Source: Trueperaceae bacterium (GTDB taxonomy: Bacteria > Deinococcota > Deinococci > Deinococcales > Trueperaceae). From it: a stretch of DNA of 64,000 nt. Position 1 is the first letter of the stretch; each line of letters begins with the position of its first letter. The stretch is taken from positions 1,248,001 to 1,312,000 of the forward strand of contig OZ243927.1 of assembly GCA_965213925.1 (NCBI GenBank), written 5' to 3'. A program made the position numbers and the translations under genes. Shown here in pieces: positions 28,813 through 37,966 of the stretch. The notes below the pieces were generated by a model, which was given only the letters and a program-made list of their open reading frames with translations, searched no databases and was not told the origin of the DNA.

Positions 28813-30690
28813 TTGAAACACGCGAAACGCTTTTTAGCCCTACCGTTCCTGATCATTTTCTTAGCAGCGTGCGGAACGTACAGCGAACTTCCCGAGCAGG
28901 TCGCCGAGGCGGATGTAGAAGAGATTGTTGCGGTTGCTGAGTTAGCACCGGACGCCGAAATCGGATCGCAGGGATATAAGAGAGATAATCTCGTGCTCCG
29001 CGTCGAGAAGCAGGTTCTTCCCGATGACCACGCAGACCCACACCCCGCCAAGTACGACATTGATCTCATCTGTAAGAAAAAGGGTGGCGGCAAACTTGTA
29101 ATCGACTTACCTACGTTCACTAAGTCTGGCGCGAAGACCTACAACGTGAGCAAGAGCAAGATCAACTACTATCTCGGCAACACCAAGCACTGCTTTGTCC
29201 GTGAAAGGGGCACGGTAGGCACCAAGCTCGTCCGGTTCAACGTCACAAAAGACGCGAAGACCGTGTCGGGTTTCCCCCAGACGGTTCTCCCCAAAGACTA
29301 CGCTAACAAGAGAACGGTCAAGTCGAAGAAGTTCGACCTCGAGCACGTAAACAAGAAGATCGTCATCAAGGTCGTCAACAAGTTCGAGGAAGAGAAGAAG
29401 GAAGAGAAGGACTTTGAGCTTGTCGTCGAGAAGAAGTTCGTTGACGCGCACGGCAACGAAGTCAAGCCCGAGCACTACTACCTCAGCGTGGACCTCGAGT
29501 GTAAAGAGGGTAAAAAAGATGTGATCGATGAGACCCTCCTCACTGCAGGTAAGCTCCACTTCTCGGATCACGATTTCAAAGACTTAGGCGGCTTAAAGTG
29601 CGAGATCGAGGAGAAGTTCGCCTCGGACGATCTCAAGCTGCATGAGGTCATCGTCAAGTTCGAAGCTTCCGAACACGGCAGGCACATCGCCAGCGGCGAG
29701 AAGAAAGACAAGCACATCGAGGACAAGCACTACAAGGGCAAAGAGGTCCAGTGGGCTAACTCCGGCTACTTCCACGTCCCCGAGAAGGCTGACAAGCTCG
29801 TCATCATCATTATCGACGTCGTCAAAGAGGTCGAGGACGACTTCGAGCTTGTCGTCGAGAAGAAGTTCGTTGACGCGCACGGCAACCCGGTTGACGTCAA
29901 AGACTACTACTTAGAGGTGGACCTCGAGTGTAAAGAGGGTAAAAAAGACGTGGTCGATGAGACCCTCCTCACTGCAGGTAAGCTCCACTTCTCGGATCAC
30001 GATTTCAAAGACTTAGGCGGCTTAAAGTGCGAGATCGAGGAGAAGTTCGCCTCGGACGATCTCAAGCTGCATGAGGTCATCGTCAAGTTCGAAGCTTCCG
30101 AACACGGCAGGCACATCGCCAGCGGCGAGAAGAAAGACAAGCACATCGAGGACAAGCACTACAAGGGCAAAGAGGTCCAGTGGGCTAACTCCGGCTACTT
30201 CCACGTCCCCGAGAAGGCTGACAAGCTCGTCATCATCATTATCGACGTCGTCAAAGAGGTCGAGGACGACTTCAAAATCATCGTCAACAAGGAGTTCAAA
30301 GAAGGAAATTACAACGGTCACGTCCTCCATCTCGACCCTCACGCCTACGACCTCAGAGTGGCTATCGTTTGTGAAGACGGTACAAGGGTCCACGTCAATC
30401 TCGGCAACGATCTCCACTTCTCGGACCACGACGCCGAGGACCTGAGAGGCAAGAAGTGCTACGTCGAAGAGTACTTCAAGTCCGACTATTACGATCTCCT
30501 CAGATTCAGAACCACGTATAGCACTGACAATCACGACGATTACAGAGTCTCCGCCGGTGTCTGGAAGAGCGAGAAAAACGGCTATCAGTACGTGAACAAT
30601 GATGATAAGCCGTTCCACATCTCTAAAGACGCGGATGAACTCGTGATTGACCTCGTCAACGCTGTTGAAGAAAGCAAGTACTACCACTAA
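28813..30690 (+). CDS. Lys/Glu/Asp/His-rich lipoprotein with four repeated beta domains
   Basis: GAGGAG RBS, TTG start, lipobox LAAC; four domains each with a Cys pair. Confidence 0.85.
   Translation: MKHAKRFLALPFLIIFLAACGTYSELPEQVAEADVEEIVAVAELAPDAEIGSQGYKRDNLVLRVEKQVLPDDHADPHPAKYDIDLICKKKGGGKLVIDLPTFTKSGAKTYNVSKSKINYYLGNTKHCFVRERGTVGTKLVRFNVTKDAKTVSGFPQTVLPKDYANKRTVKSKKFDLEHVNKKIVIKVVNKFEEEKKEEKDFELVVEKKFVDAHGNEVKPEHYYLSVDLECKEGKKDVIDETLLTAGKLHFSDHDFKDLGGLKCEIEEKFASDDLKLHEVIVKFEASEHGRHIASGEKKDKHIEDKHYKGKEVQWANSGYFHVPEKADKLVIIIIDVVKEVEDDFELVVEKKFVDAHGNPVDVKDYYLEVDLECKEGKKDVVDETLLTAGKLHFSDHDFKDLGGLKCEIEEKFASDDLKLHEVIVKFEASEHGRHIASGEKKDKHIEDKHYKGKEVQWANSGYFHVPEKADKLVIIIIDVVKEVEDDFKIIVNKEFKEGNYNGHVLHLDPHAYDLRVAIVCEDGTRVHVNLGNDLHFSDHDAEDLRGKKCYVEEYFKSDYYDLLRFRTTYSTDNHDDYRVSAGVWKSEKNGYQYVNNDDKPFHISKDADELVIDLVNAVEESKYYH
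29410..30267 (+). repeat. Tandem 429-bp (143-aa) near-identical intragenic duplication
   Basis: 29410-29838 vs 29839-30267; differences mainly in one short patch (EVKPEHYYLS vs PVDVKDYYLE). Confidence 0.95.
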
Positions 30691-30743
30691 GCTACCGAAT
30701 TGAGACGCTAACAGCGTAGCAGCCAGGTACTAAGGACTCCACT

Positions 30744-30781
30744 AGAAGCAGGTGCTCTCGAGCACCTGCTTCTTATTTTTT
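30744..30781 (+). terminator. Intrinsic terminator
   Basis: AGAAGCAGGTGCTC-TC-GAGCACCTGCTTCT then TATTTTTT. Confidence 0.8.
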
Positions 30782-30797
30782 ACGATGCTAAAACTAA

Positions 30798-31075
30798 GTA
30801 CTCTGTCAACTAAGTATTGATACTTCTTACTGATGTCACCCTGTTCACGCAGTCAGACGAAGTCCGGCGAAGGCGTAAGGGTCTCGTTTGGCTACTGCCA
30901 AAACTTTGTAACTCGCATCTCGGCTGGTTGGGAATGAAAGACGAGATTCTTTCATCAGGCGAAGCCTATCCTGTAAAGGGCTCCACTTCGTTGCGTAGGT
31001 GAAGGCTAAGAGCCTTTGAGCTTTGCTCTAACCTGGTTCAGAATGACATCACTCATTTTTTAGTTGACAGAGTAC
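30798..31075 (+). mobile_element. MITE-like element with 16-bp TIRs and TAA flanks
   Basis: GTACTCTGTCAACTAA ... TTAGTTGACAGAGTAC, with TAA on both sides. Confidence 0.8.
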
Positions 31076-31136
31076 TAAGCGGCGCGTGTACGATGGCGGA
31101 CCTTATCGCTTACGCCTTGAGGCAACCACTAAACAT

Positions 31137-31170
31137 AAGAAGAGGCGAGCGTCACGCTCGCCTCTTCTTT
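31137..31170 (-). terminator. Intrinsic terminator
   Basis: AAGAAGAGGCGAGCG-TCA-CGCTCGCCTCTTCTT. Confidence 0.75.
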
Positions 31171-31188
31171 AATCTTGAGAAGGTTTAT

Positions 31189-32361
31189 TTACCGAGCTGC
31201 AGCGAAATTCTGTACCCAGACGTTGCCAGCTAAGCCGAGACCAAGCTCTTTGTACTGCGGGCGCATGATGTTGGCGCAGTGACCGGGGCTCTTGAGCCAA
31301 CCCTGCATGACGGCTTCTGGGCTGCGGTAGCCTTTGGCGATGTTCTCGCCGACGGTGCGCCAGGTGTAGCCTTCGCGGGTGACGCGGACACCGACCGAGC
31401 TGCCGTCGCGACCCGTGTGGCTGAAGTAGCCGTAACGGTCCATGCTCTCGGCATGCTTCTGGGCGGCGCGGTTCAAACGGGTGTTGAGCGTGAGGGCGGG
31501 GGCGGGACCGAAGCGTCCGGAGCTGCCGCAGCTATAGCCAGTTGCGCGTACTTCGTTGACGAGCTTGAGTATCTGTGCGAAGTCATTCGAAGGCGCGGGT
31601 GCGGGGGCAGGTGCGGGTGCTGGTGCGGGCTTAGCCTTGACCGTCACTTTGACGTCGTCGCGGCTCTGGAGCTTCCCGTCCGTCGCGGTGAGGCGTAAGG
31701 TGTAGGTGCCGGCTTTTGAAAAGCTTGCTTTCGTATCTTGAGCGTTTTTGTTGCCGAAGGTAACGGTGCCGGGACCACTTACTTTGCGCCAGCTCACCTT
31801 CAAGGTGCCGTTCGGTTGACCGTCGTCCGTGACGATCGCGTCCAACTCCACCGAGCCGGGCAGCGTGACAGTTTTGTTAGGGCCTGCATCGACTTCTGGG
31901 GCTTGGTTGTCCGCTGCGGGCGGCGTGCTGGGGGGTGTGCTGGGGGGTGTCGGCGTCGCCGCGTCGCCGTTGTCGACCGTGAAGCGTGCGTGACCTACGT
32001 ACGTCTTCGTGCCGCTCCGCCTTCTCACCTCGATGGCTACCGTCGCCGTGTGCGAACCGTTCGAGAGTTCGGTCGTGTCGATTTCGGTGGCGAAAGGTGC
32101 TTTGCTGATGACTGCGAACGGCTCACCGCTGCGGGCACGGTCGTCGAGGTAAAAAGCGACTTCGGTAATGCTCGGGTGCGCGCTCACGCTCAGCTTGATC
32201 GTGCCGGATACGGCTTGCGTCCCTAGCGAACCGCCATCCACATAGAGGCTGGGGTCGACGTCTTCGACCAGCTCACCGCTACAAGCGGCTAGGAGCAGCG
32301 TGGCGAGTAGGGCTAAACCTACCCATACTTTCTGGACCTGGTTCTTGGCTGTTGGCTTCAT
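31189..32361 (-). CDS. Lipoprotein with Ig-like, PKD-like and C-terminal CAP (SCP) domains
   Basis: Lipobox LAAC; NQAPEVDAG..GTYTLRLTATDG; PA-rich linker; FSHTG, GENIAKG, WLKSPGHCANIM. Confidence 0.9.
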   Translation of the reverse strand: MKPTAKNQVQKVWVGLALLATLLLAACSGELVEDVDPSLYVDGGSLGTQAVSGTIKLSVSAHPSITEVAFYLDDRARSGEPFAVISKAPFATEIDTTELSNGSHTATVAIEVRRRSGTKTYVGHARFTVDNGDAATPTPPSTPPSTPPAADNQAPEVDAGPNKTVTLPGSVELDAIVTDDGQPNGTLKVSWRKVSGPGTVTFGNKNAQDTKASFSKAGTYTLRLTATDGKLQSRDDVKVTVKAKPAPAPAPAPAPAPSNDFAQILKLVNEVRATGYSCGSSGRFGPAPALTLNTRLNRAAQKHAESMDRYGYFSHTGRDGSSVGVRVTREGYTWRTVGENIAKGYRSPEAVMQGWLKSPGHCANIMRPQYKELGLGLAGNVWVQNFAAAR

Positions 32362-32424
32362 TTCTCTCTCCTTTTCGATGTGGCAGGCCAGAACTCCCAC
32401 TCGAAAGAAGAGGGGAAAGTCCTA

Positions 32425-32500
32425 CTTAGCCGGTTGCGCCACTGGCTAGCTTCATTCCAGGCGCCCAAATTCGCGGAATGAGCATCGTAGCCTCTAAGGG
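32425..32500 (-). promoter_or_regulatory. c-di-GMP-II riboswitch
   Basis: Minus strand CATTCC-GCGAATTTGGGCGCCT-GGAATG..GCCAGTGGCGCAACCGGC fits the AAUUGGGCAC..AGUAGUGCAACCG consensus with a compensated pseudoknot. Confidence 0.8.
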
Positions 32501-32705
32501 ATTTTCCCTCAGTGAGATCAATGTAGACCTACGAGAAGTGAGAACAATGAGCAAATTTTAGCTGTAATAGAACTCGCAAAAGTCTCGACTATAGCGTGCT
32601 AGAGCCGACTTCTTGAGTCGAGACTTTTTCTAACCCCTTTAACTTTCTCATGAATATAGGCTTCTAGTGAATCTTTTAACGTGTTCTATCCGCCTAGTTT
32701 CGAAG

Positions 32706-33437
32706 CTAGCCCCGCTCGAGCAAAATCCGCTCCACCGCCGCAAGCTGCTCCCTGTCATTCACCGCCAAAATCTCCGTCTCATCCTCCGCCTTGACCGCCT
32801 GCACACTGCGCCCCGCTTGCAGATAGAGGTCCACCAAATCGGTGATGTAGTATTCGCCTGCGGCGTTGTCGTTGGAGAGCCCTTCGGCAATCTCGAAGAC
32901 GTTGCGGTCAAAAATATAGATACCGGGGTTGATTTCGTTGATCTGGCGCTCCTCGTCCGCCGCGTCTTTCTCCTCGACGATTTTAGCGACGCTGCCGTCC
33001 TCCTTGCGAATGATGCGCCCTAAACCGTGTGGGTCGCTCACGTCGCACGTAACGAGTGTCATGCCTGCGCCTGAGTCCTGCTGCGTTCGCGCCAACCGCT
33101 CGAGCGTCTCCGTTTTAAGAAGCGGTCCGTCACCATTTAGGACCATCACTGCGCCGTCAAAGTCTCGCAAGACCTCTTTCGTCTGTAAGAGCGCGTGCCC
33201 CGTGCCTAGCTGCTCGGTCTGGCGAGCGAATTGGACAGGCTCACCCTGCAACGCTTCCTCGACCTCTTCGGCTTTATAGCCCGTCACGACAACGATAGGT
33301 TCAGGCTCTAATGGCGCGACCGCCCTGATGACGTGTTCCACAAGCGAATGCCCCGCCGCTTTGTGGAGCACTTTGGGCAGGTCAGACTTCATCCGCGTGC
33401 CCTGCCCCGCCGCTAAAATCACGACTGCTAAGTGCAA
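32706..33437 (-). CDS. GlmU-like sugar-phosphate nucleotidyltransferase (N-terminal domain only)
   Basis: ILAAGQGTRMKS..PKVLH, QLGTGHA, KIVEEKDA, NAAGEYYITD, AVNDR; stops before the hexapeptide domain. Confidence 0.85.
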   Translation of the reverse strand: MHLAVVILAAGQGTRMKSDLPKVLHKAAGHSLVEHVIRAVAPLEPEPIVVVTGYKAEEVEEALQGEPVQFARQTEQLGTGHALLQTKEVLRDFDGAVMVLNGDGPLLKTETLERLARTQQDSGAGMTLVTCDVSDPHGLGRIIRKEDGSVAKIVEEKDAADEERQINEINPGIYIFDRNVFEIAEGLSNDNAAGEYYITDLVDLYLQAGRSVQAVKAEDETEILAVNDREQLAAVERILLERG

Positions 33438-33438
33438 C

Positions 33439-34395
33439 TCAGCGACCTCTCGCCTTCATCGAAAGCCGCTCTTTTTTCTCCACCTCGTCGGGGTTCATGA
33501 TGAGCAGGAAGTAGAGTGAGATGAGAACCAGCGGAACGCTGACAAGCTGCGTTAAGGTAAAGAGCCCTATGCCCGGCGCGTTCAGCCCTTCGGAGAGGTA
33601 GACCTGCCAGAAGAGCGGGTTGTCGCGAAAGGGCTCCTCTAAGACCGAGCGCAAGACCGAATACCACAAGATAAACTGCCACCAGGCGAAGCCCGGCGTG
33701 CGGCTTCTGCGAAACGACCACCAGACGATGCCGACCAAAATCACACCGATGACTGCGCCGTAAATCTGCGTGAGGTGAACGGGTCCGCGCAAGATTTCGC
33801 CGCCCTGCGCAACGCACTGTGAAAGGCTGACGCCCGAGATACTGCACGTCCCCGGATACGCCGCCCACAGGTTATCGCCGAACACGAAGCGTCCGAACGC
33901 GCCGAAGGTGTCCGTGCCCGGCTCGGGCCAGGTGTAGCCGATGGGCCAGCCCGTCAAGCGTCCGGTGGTATCCGAGCCGTTCATAAAGTTGCCGATGCGC
34001 CCGCCGATAACGCCCAATGCGCCCACCGGCGCGAGCGTATCCAAGTACGACCACATGTTGAGGTTGTGAATGCGTGAGTAGAGCCAGACCGCGACGAAAA
34101 TGCCTAAAACGCCCCCGTGAATGCTGCCGCCGCCCTGCCAAATCGCGAAGGCGTTTAAGGGGTTGCCGTTCGGTCCGAAGTACGCGCTCGGGCTCGTCAC
34201 GACGTAGATGAGGCGTGCGCCGATAAGCCCCGCGATAACGAGCCACAAGGTCATATCTAACAGCTTTTCCGTATCGAGATTGCGCCGCTCCGCTTCTCTC
34301 AGCGCCCAGCTCGAGCCAATCAGCACCCCTAACGCGATTAAAAAACCGTACCAGCGAACCGCGAGCGGTCCTAGTTGAATCATGATCGGGTCCAT
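33439..34395 (-). CDS. lgt: Prolipoprotein diacylglyceryl transferase
   Basis: VRWYG, GARLIYV, IWQGGGSIHGG, GRIGNFMN, HLTQIY. Confidence 0.93.
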   Translation of the reverse strand: MDPIMIQLGPLAVRWYGFLIALGVLIGSSWALREAERRNLDTEKLLDMTLWLVIAGLIGARLIYVVTSPSAYFGPNGNPLNAFAIWQGGGSIHGGVLGIFVAVWLYSRIHNLNMWSYLDTLAPVGALGVIGGRIGNFMNGSDTTGRLTGWPIGYTWPEPGTDTFGAFGRFVFGDNLWAAYPGTCSISGVSLSQCVAQGGEILRGPVHLTQIYGAVIGVILVGIVWWSFRRSRTPGFAWWQFILWYSVLRSVLEEPFRDNPLFWQVYLSEGLNAPGIGLFTLTQLVSVPLVLISLYFLLIMNPDEVEKKERLSMKARGR

Positions 34396-34552
34396 ACCTA
34401 TACAATCCCTTCTTCGCGGTTCTCGTCCGGTTGACCCGGCGAAACCACAGCGGCGCATCCGCAGCGCCAAACCCACCTAGTATATTAGGATTTTAGTCGC
34501 GAGGTATAAGGGTTGTTTAAGAAGTTACCGCGGGTGCTGTAGGAAGGATCGC

Positions 34553-35584
34553 TTATGTGAGATTCGGCAAGGGTAGCCGCGTCACCTTAACAGCGCTGAT
34601 GAGGAGGCGGATACCAACCTCTTGTAAGTAGGCGTCGGCGCGGGGCAGTGCGCCCCAGGCGACGCCGCGCTGCCACACGAAAGAGGTTATCTCTCTACCT
34701 AGCTCGTCCTCGAGCCTCTGGAGCGCGCCCACGCTCTCGAGCCGCAAATCATTCCTCGCGTCGTACGGGTCAGCGTGCGTCATAGTGTGACAGGTGAAAG
34801 CGTGTCCTTGCGCCGCTAAACCGCGCACCTCGTCCCAAGTGAGAGCGAGGCGTCCGTCTTCGTACTCGAGCGGGTCCACGTCGATTTCGTGCGCGGCGGC
34901 GAAACTGGCTTGTCCGTGAACAGGCGTGTCGATAAAGCCCGGAATAAGGCAGAATATGCCCGTTAAGCCTAGTTCACTAAGGAGCGGCGCGGCAACGTCA
35001 ATGTGGTTGCGGGTTCCTTCGTAAAACACGAGCAAGATGGGCGGACGCTCATCTGTCCAGGATTCGCCTGCTACGAGCTTTTCCAAATCCGATATGCCGA
35101 TGCTCTTAAATCGCTCTGCAAGCGCCCCGAGTTGCGCTCTGAGTTTGTCCTTATCTTCAGCAAACGTGTTGTGAAAGTTGACCGAGCGGACAAAGCGTCC
35201 GCTGCGAAGGGAGCGGATGAGATACGTGGTGTCTGTGTGTTCGTCCGGAGTCAAGTCCGCCGCCGAAGAGGTGAAACTTCGGCGTTCGAGCGGTGCGGCG
35301 TCCCGCCCGAAGTCATAAAAGGCGACTAGCTCGAGCGCCAACTGCAAGGCCCTGGCGGGCTCAGAAGTGAAACGCTGAGAGGTCAGCAGACGCGCTGTGA
35401 CCTCTTGAACGGCGCGAGCAGGCCTATAGTTCGCCGGGTCGATCGTGCCGGAGAGGTCTGCTTGACCGGGAGCGTTGAGGTCCTCGAATGCCAAGACCAT
35501 CTCGACGCCCTCCCTGGAATAGACGCGCTTGGCGAGACGCTCAGCGTGCGCCTTGGCGTTTTGAATGAGGTCGTCTAAGTCCAT
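34553..35584 (-). CDS. Polysaccharide deacetylase (NodB-like) family protein, atypical motif 1
   Basis: VNFHN, LLVFYEG (canonical LTFDDG), LTWDEVRGL, CHTMTH. Confidence 0.7.
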   Translation of the reverse strand: MDLDDLIQNAKAHAERLAKRVYSREGVEMVLAFEDLNAPGQADLSGTIDPANYRPARAVQEVTARLLTSQRFTSEPARALQLALELVAFYDFGRDAAPLERRSFTSSAADLTPDEHTDTTYLIRSLRSGRFVRSVNFHNTFAEDKDKLRAQLGALAERFKSIGISDLEKLVAGESWTDERPPILLVFYEGTRNHIDVAAPLLSELGLTGIFCLIPGFIDTPVHGQASFAAAHEIDVDPLEYEDGRLALTWDEVRGLAAQGHAFTCHTMTHADPYDARNDLRLESVGALQRLEDELGREITSFVWQRGVAWGALPRADAYLQEVGIRLLISAVKVTRLPLPNLT

Positions 35585-35588
35585 TGCT

Positions 35589-37082
35589 TTACGGCTTTTC
35601 ACCTAATGCGTAGCGTACTGCGTGTCGTGCGGGTTCTCGGTAGAGAGGGTAGAGGTCGCCCACGATCTCTTTCAATTTTTCGGCATCAAACCAAGCTTTA
35701 TCACCGAAACGAGCCTCGGCAGCGTCTGTCAAATAGATGCGTTTTGCACCTGGCGGCGGTGTGCCTAATCCGACGAGCGGGCTCTCTCGTGCCAGAAGTC
35801 GGCGCACGTTGCGCTCGCCGATGCGTCCATAGGAGGCGGTTTCGACTTCCAAACCGGGAATCACGACCTTAACCGCCCTGACGCCCTGCTCCCTTGCTTG
35901 GGGGGTGGCTAGCTCGAGGTACAAAATGTCAAAACCCTCTAAACGCTTGGCGACCTCTTGCAGCCGCGTTTCAGGGGTTGCGTTTGCTAAGTCGGGATGC
36001 TCCGGTAGCGTTCCGAAGGGGATACGTTCTTGTTCTTGGTAGATGGGCGTAAGCTCCGCTTTGAGTTCGGCAGGGTAGAGGTTGAGCCAGTGTTTCATGG
36101 TCTCGAGGGTTCTTTGCTCCTCGGTAACGTTCTGCGCGTGAGCGAAGTGGGCGTCTAAATAGCCTTCGGGTGAACCTTCTGCGACGTTTGCAAGAGGTCC
36201 GTGACTAAAGGCTAGACGTGCTCTCGAGAAAGCAAATTCTAAAAGCGCTTTACGGAGTGCCGCCGCACGGTCTAAGTCGCACGCCTCACCGCCCGCTGCA
36301 AGTTTAATCTGCGGCGCGTCGTCATCCGGTCCATAACCGTTCACATAGAGGTTGATAAGACCAAAGTCCCTTGCGGCGAGTTTGACGTTGACGGTGAGTC
36401 CCTCCTCTTCCAACCGCTCCAAAATCGCCTTAGTTGTATCAGGCACACCTTCCGAGAGGTCAAGTACGCGCCCTTGGTCGAGCGCCCTATAGTTCACGCT
36501 GTTGCCGTCGCGCTGCAAAAGCTCCAACGCGCCGTGGCAGAGACCTCTTGTGACGCTAAGACCTGCACCGAGACCATTGGAGACTGGGAGGAAAAGAGGT
36601 TCGTAGCCTTCGGGAAGTTCGGCGGGGCTCGAGGCGGCAGCCTCTAAGAGCACCCATTTCGACCCTTCTGGATAACGTTTCATGGAGACCCAGAAACGCA
36701 TCATATCTGCACTATAGCCACAACCCGTGTCCAGAGCGAGCGTCACGGGATTAACCACTGCGCCCGCGCCGTAAGTTACCACCAAATCGTGGTAAGAGCC
36801 TCGTTCTGTCTTTAGCTTCGGCACGACCCACAAGCTCTGCACTCGCTCGTGCAGTTCGCCGAGGGAGCCGACCTCAGCTTGGGCGTCACTAAGCCCATAG
36901 CCCGCGCCGCCGCCAAGAGGTCCGGGCAGAAAGGTGGACGCCCACGAATGAACGCCCGCCTGCTCAGCCGCGCTATCAAACCCGGTGATCAGAAAGTGAA
37001 AGAACGTGCCCTTCGGTAGTGCCGCTTTGTAGCGCTCTACGACCTCTTGGAGCGACACCTCTTGTTCTTCCTGCTGAGTCAC
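35589..37082 (-). CDS. YcaO-family protein
   Basis: SLGELHER, SNGLGAG, ALELLQRDG, KALLEFAFSR, VKVVIPGLE. Confidence 0.85.
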   Translation of the reverse strand: MTQQEEQEVSLQEVVERYKAALPKGTFFHFLITGFDSAAEQAGVHSWASTFLPGPLGGGAGYGLSDAQAEVGSLGELHERVQSLWVVPKLKTERGSYHDLVVTYGAGAVVNPVTLALDTGCGYSADMMRFWVSMKRYPEGSKWVLLEAAASSPAELPEGYEPLFLPVSNGLGAGLSVTRGLCHGALELLQRDGNSVNYRALDQGRVLDLSEGVPDTTKAILERLEEEGLTVNVKLAARDFGLINLYVNGYGPDDDAPQIKLAAGGEACDLDRAAALRKALLEFAFSRARLAFSHGPLANVAEGSPEGYLDAHFAHAQNVTEEQRTLETMKHWLNLYPAELKAELTPIYQEQERIPFGTLPEHPDLANATPETRLQEVAKRLEGFDILYLELATPQAREQGVRAVKVVIPGLEVETASYGRIGERNVRRLLARESPLVGLGTPPPGAKRIYLTDAAEARFGDKAWFDAEKLKEIVGDLYPLYREPARHAVRYALGEKP

Positions 37083-37954
37083 CCCTTAATGCCCGACATA
37101 GTGAGCCCTTTGACGTAGTAGCGTTGCAGCATTAAGAAGAGGATGGCTAACGGCACGGTGCTCACCGCTAGCGCCGCTTGCTGCAACGACTCGTCCTCGA
37201 TGTTGCCGAATGCGCCGCGCAAGAGGTAGATGCCGACGGGCAAGGTCTCTAAGTCAGGCGCGGAGCGGGTGATGGTCAGCGTCCAGATAAACTCGTTCCA
37301 CTGGTAGACGAAAACGAAGATGCCGAGCGTCGCCAGCGCAGGTTTGACGAGCGGCAAGACGATCTGCGCGAAGATGCGGAACTCGCTGCAGCCGTCGATA
37401 CGGGCGGCCTCGAGCAGTTCCGTCGGGATATTCACCATGAACTGCCGCATCATAAAGATGCCGTACCAGGTGATGAGAAAGGGTAAAATGAGCGCCGCGT
37501 ACGTCCCCAAGAGCCCCGTTCCTCCCTGACCCAAAACGCCGTTGCCGCCCGCCAGCGGAAAGAAGCGCATGATGAAAAACATCGGGATGAGAAAGAGGAA
37601 AAAGGGGAACATCTGCGCGGACAAGACGCTCCGAAAAAACCAGTTGCGCCCCCAGAACTGATACTTGGCGAGCGCGAAGCCCGCCATCGTGCTCGTTAAG
37701 AGCTGCAAAACGGTGATCGTTACGGTGACGATGGTGCTGTTGATGTACCACTTCTGTATTGGGAGGCTCTGAAAGACTTCCCGGTAGATGCTCCACTGCG
37801 GGTCGGAGGGCCAGAAGACGGGCGGCTGCGCGAAGCGCTCGGCGGGGGTGCGCAGTGCGCCCACGAACATCTCGAAAAAGGGCAGGAGCATGATCGCGCC
37901 GCCCAACACAAGGAGTGCATATTTGATCATGCTGCCTACTCGGTTGCTTATCAT
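37079..37954 (-). CDS. Carbohydrate ABC transporter permease (MalG-like)
   Basis: MRQF..IPTELLEAARIDG, QWNEFIW, QRYYVKG. Confidence 0.93.
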   Translation of the reverse strand: MISNRVGSMIKYALLVLGGAIMLLPFFEMFVGALRTPAERFAQPPVFWPSDPQWSIYREVFQSLPIQKWYINSTIVTVTITVLQLLTSTMAGFALAKYQFWGRNWFFRSVLSAQMFPFFLFLIPMFFIMRFFPLAGGNGVLGQGGTGLLGTYAALILPFLITWYGIFMMRQFMVNIPTELLEAARIDGCSEFRIFAQIVLPLVKPALATLGIFVFVYQWNEFIWTLTITRSAPDLETLPVGIYLLRGAFGNIEDESLQQAALAVSTVPLAILFLMLQRYYVKGLTMSGIKG

Positions 37955-37966
37955 CGCGATCCCTTT

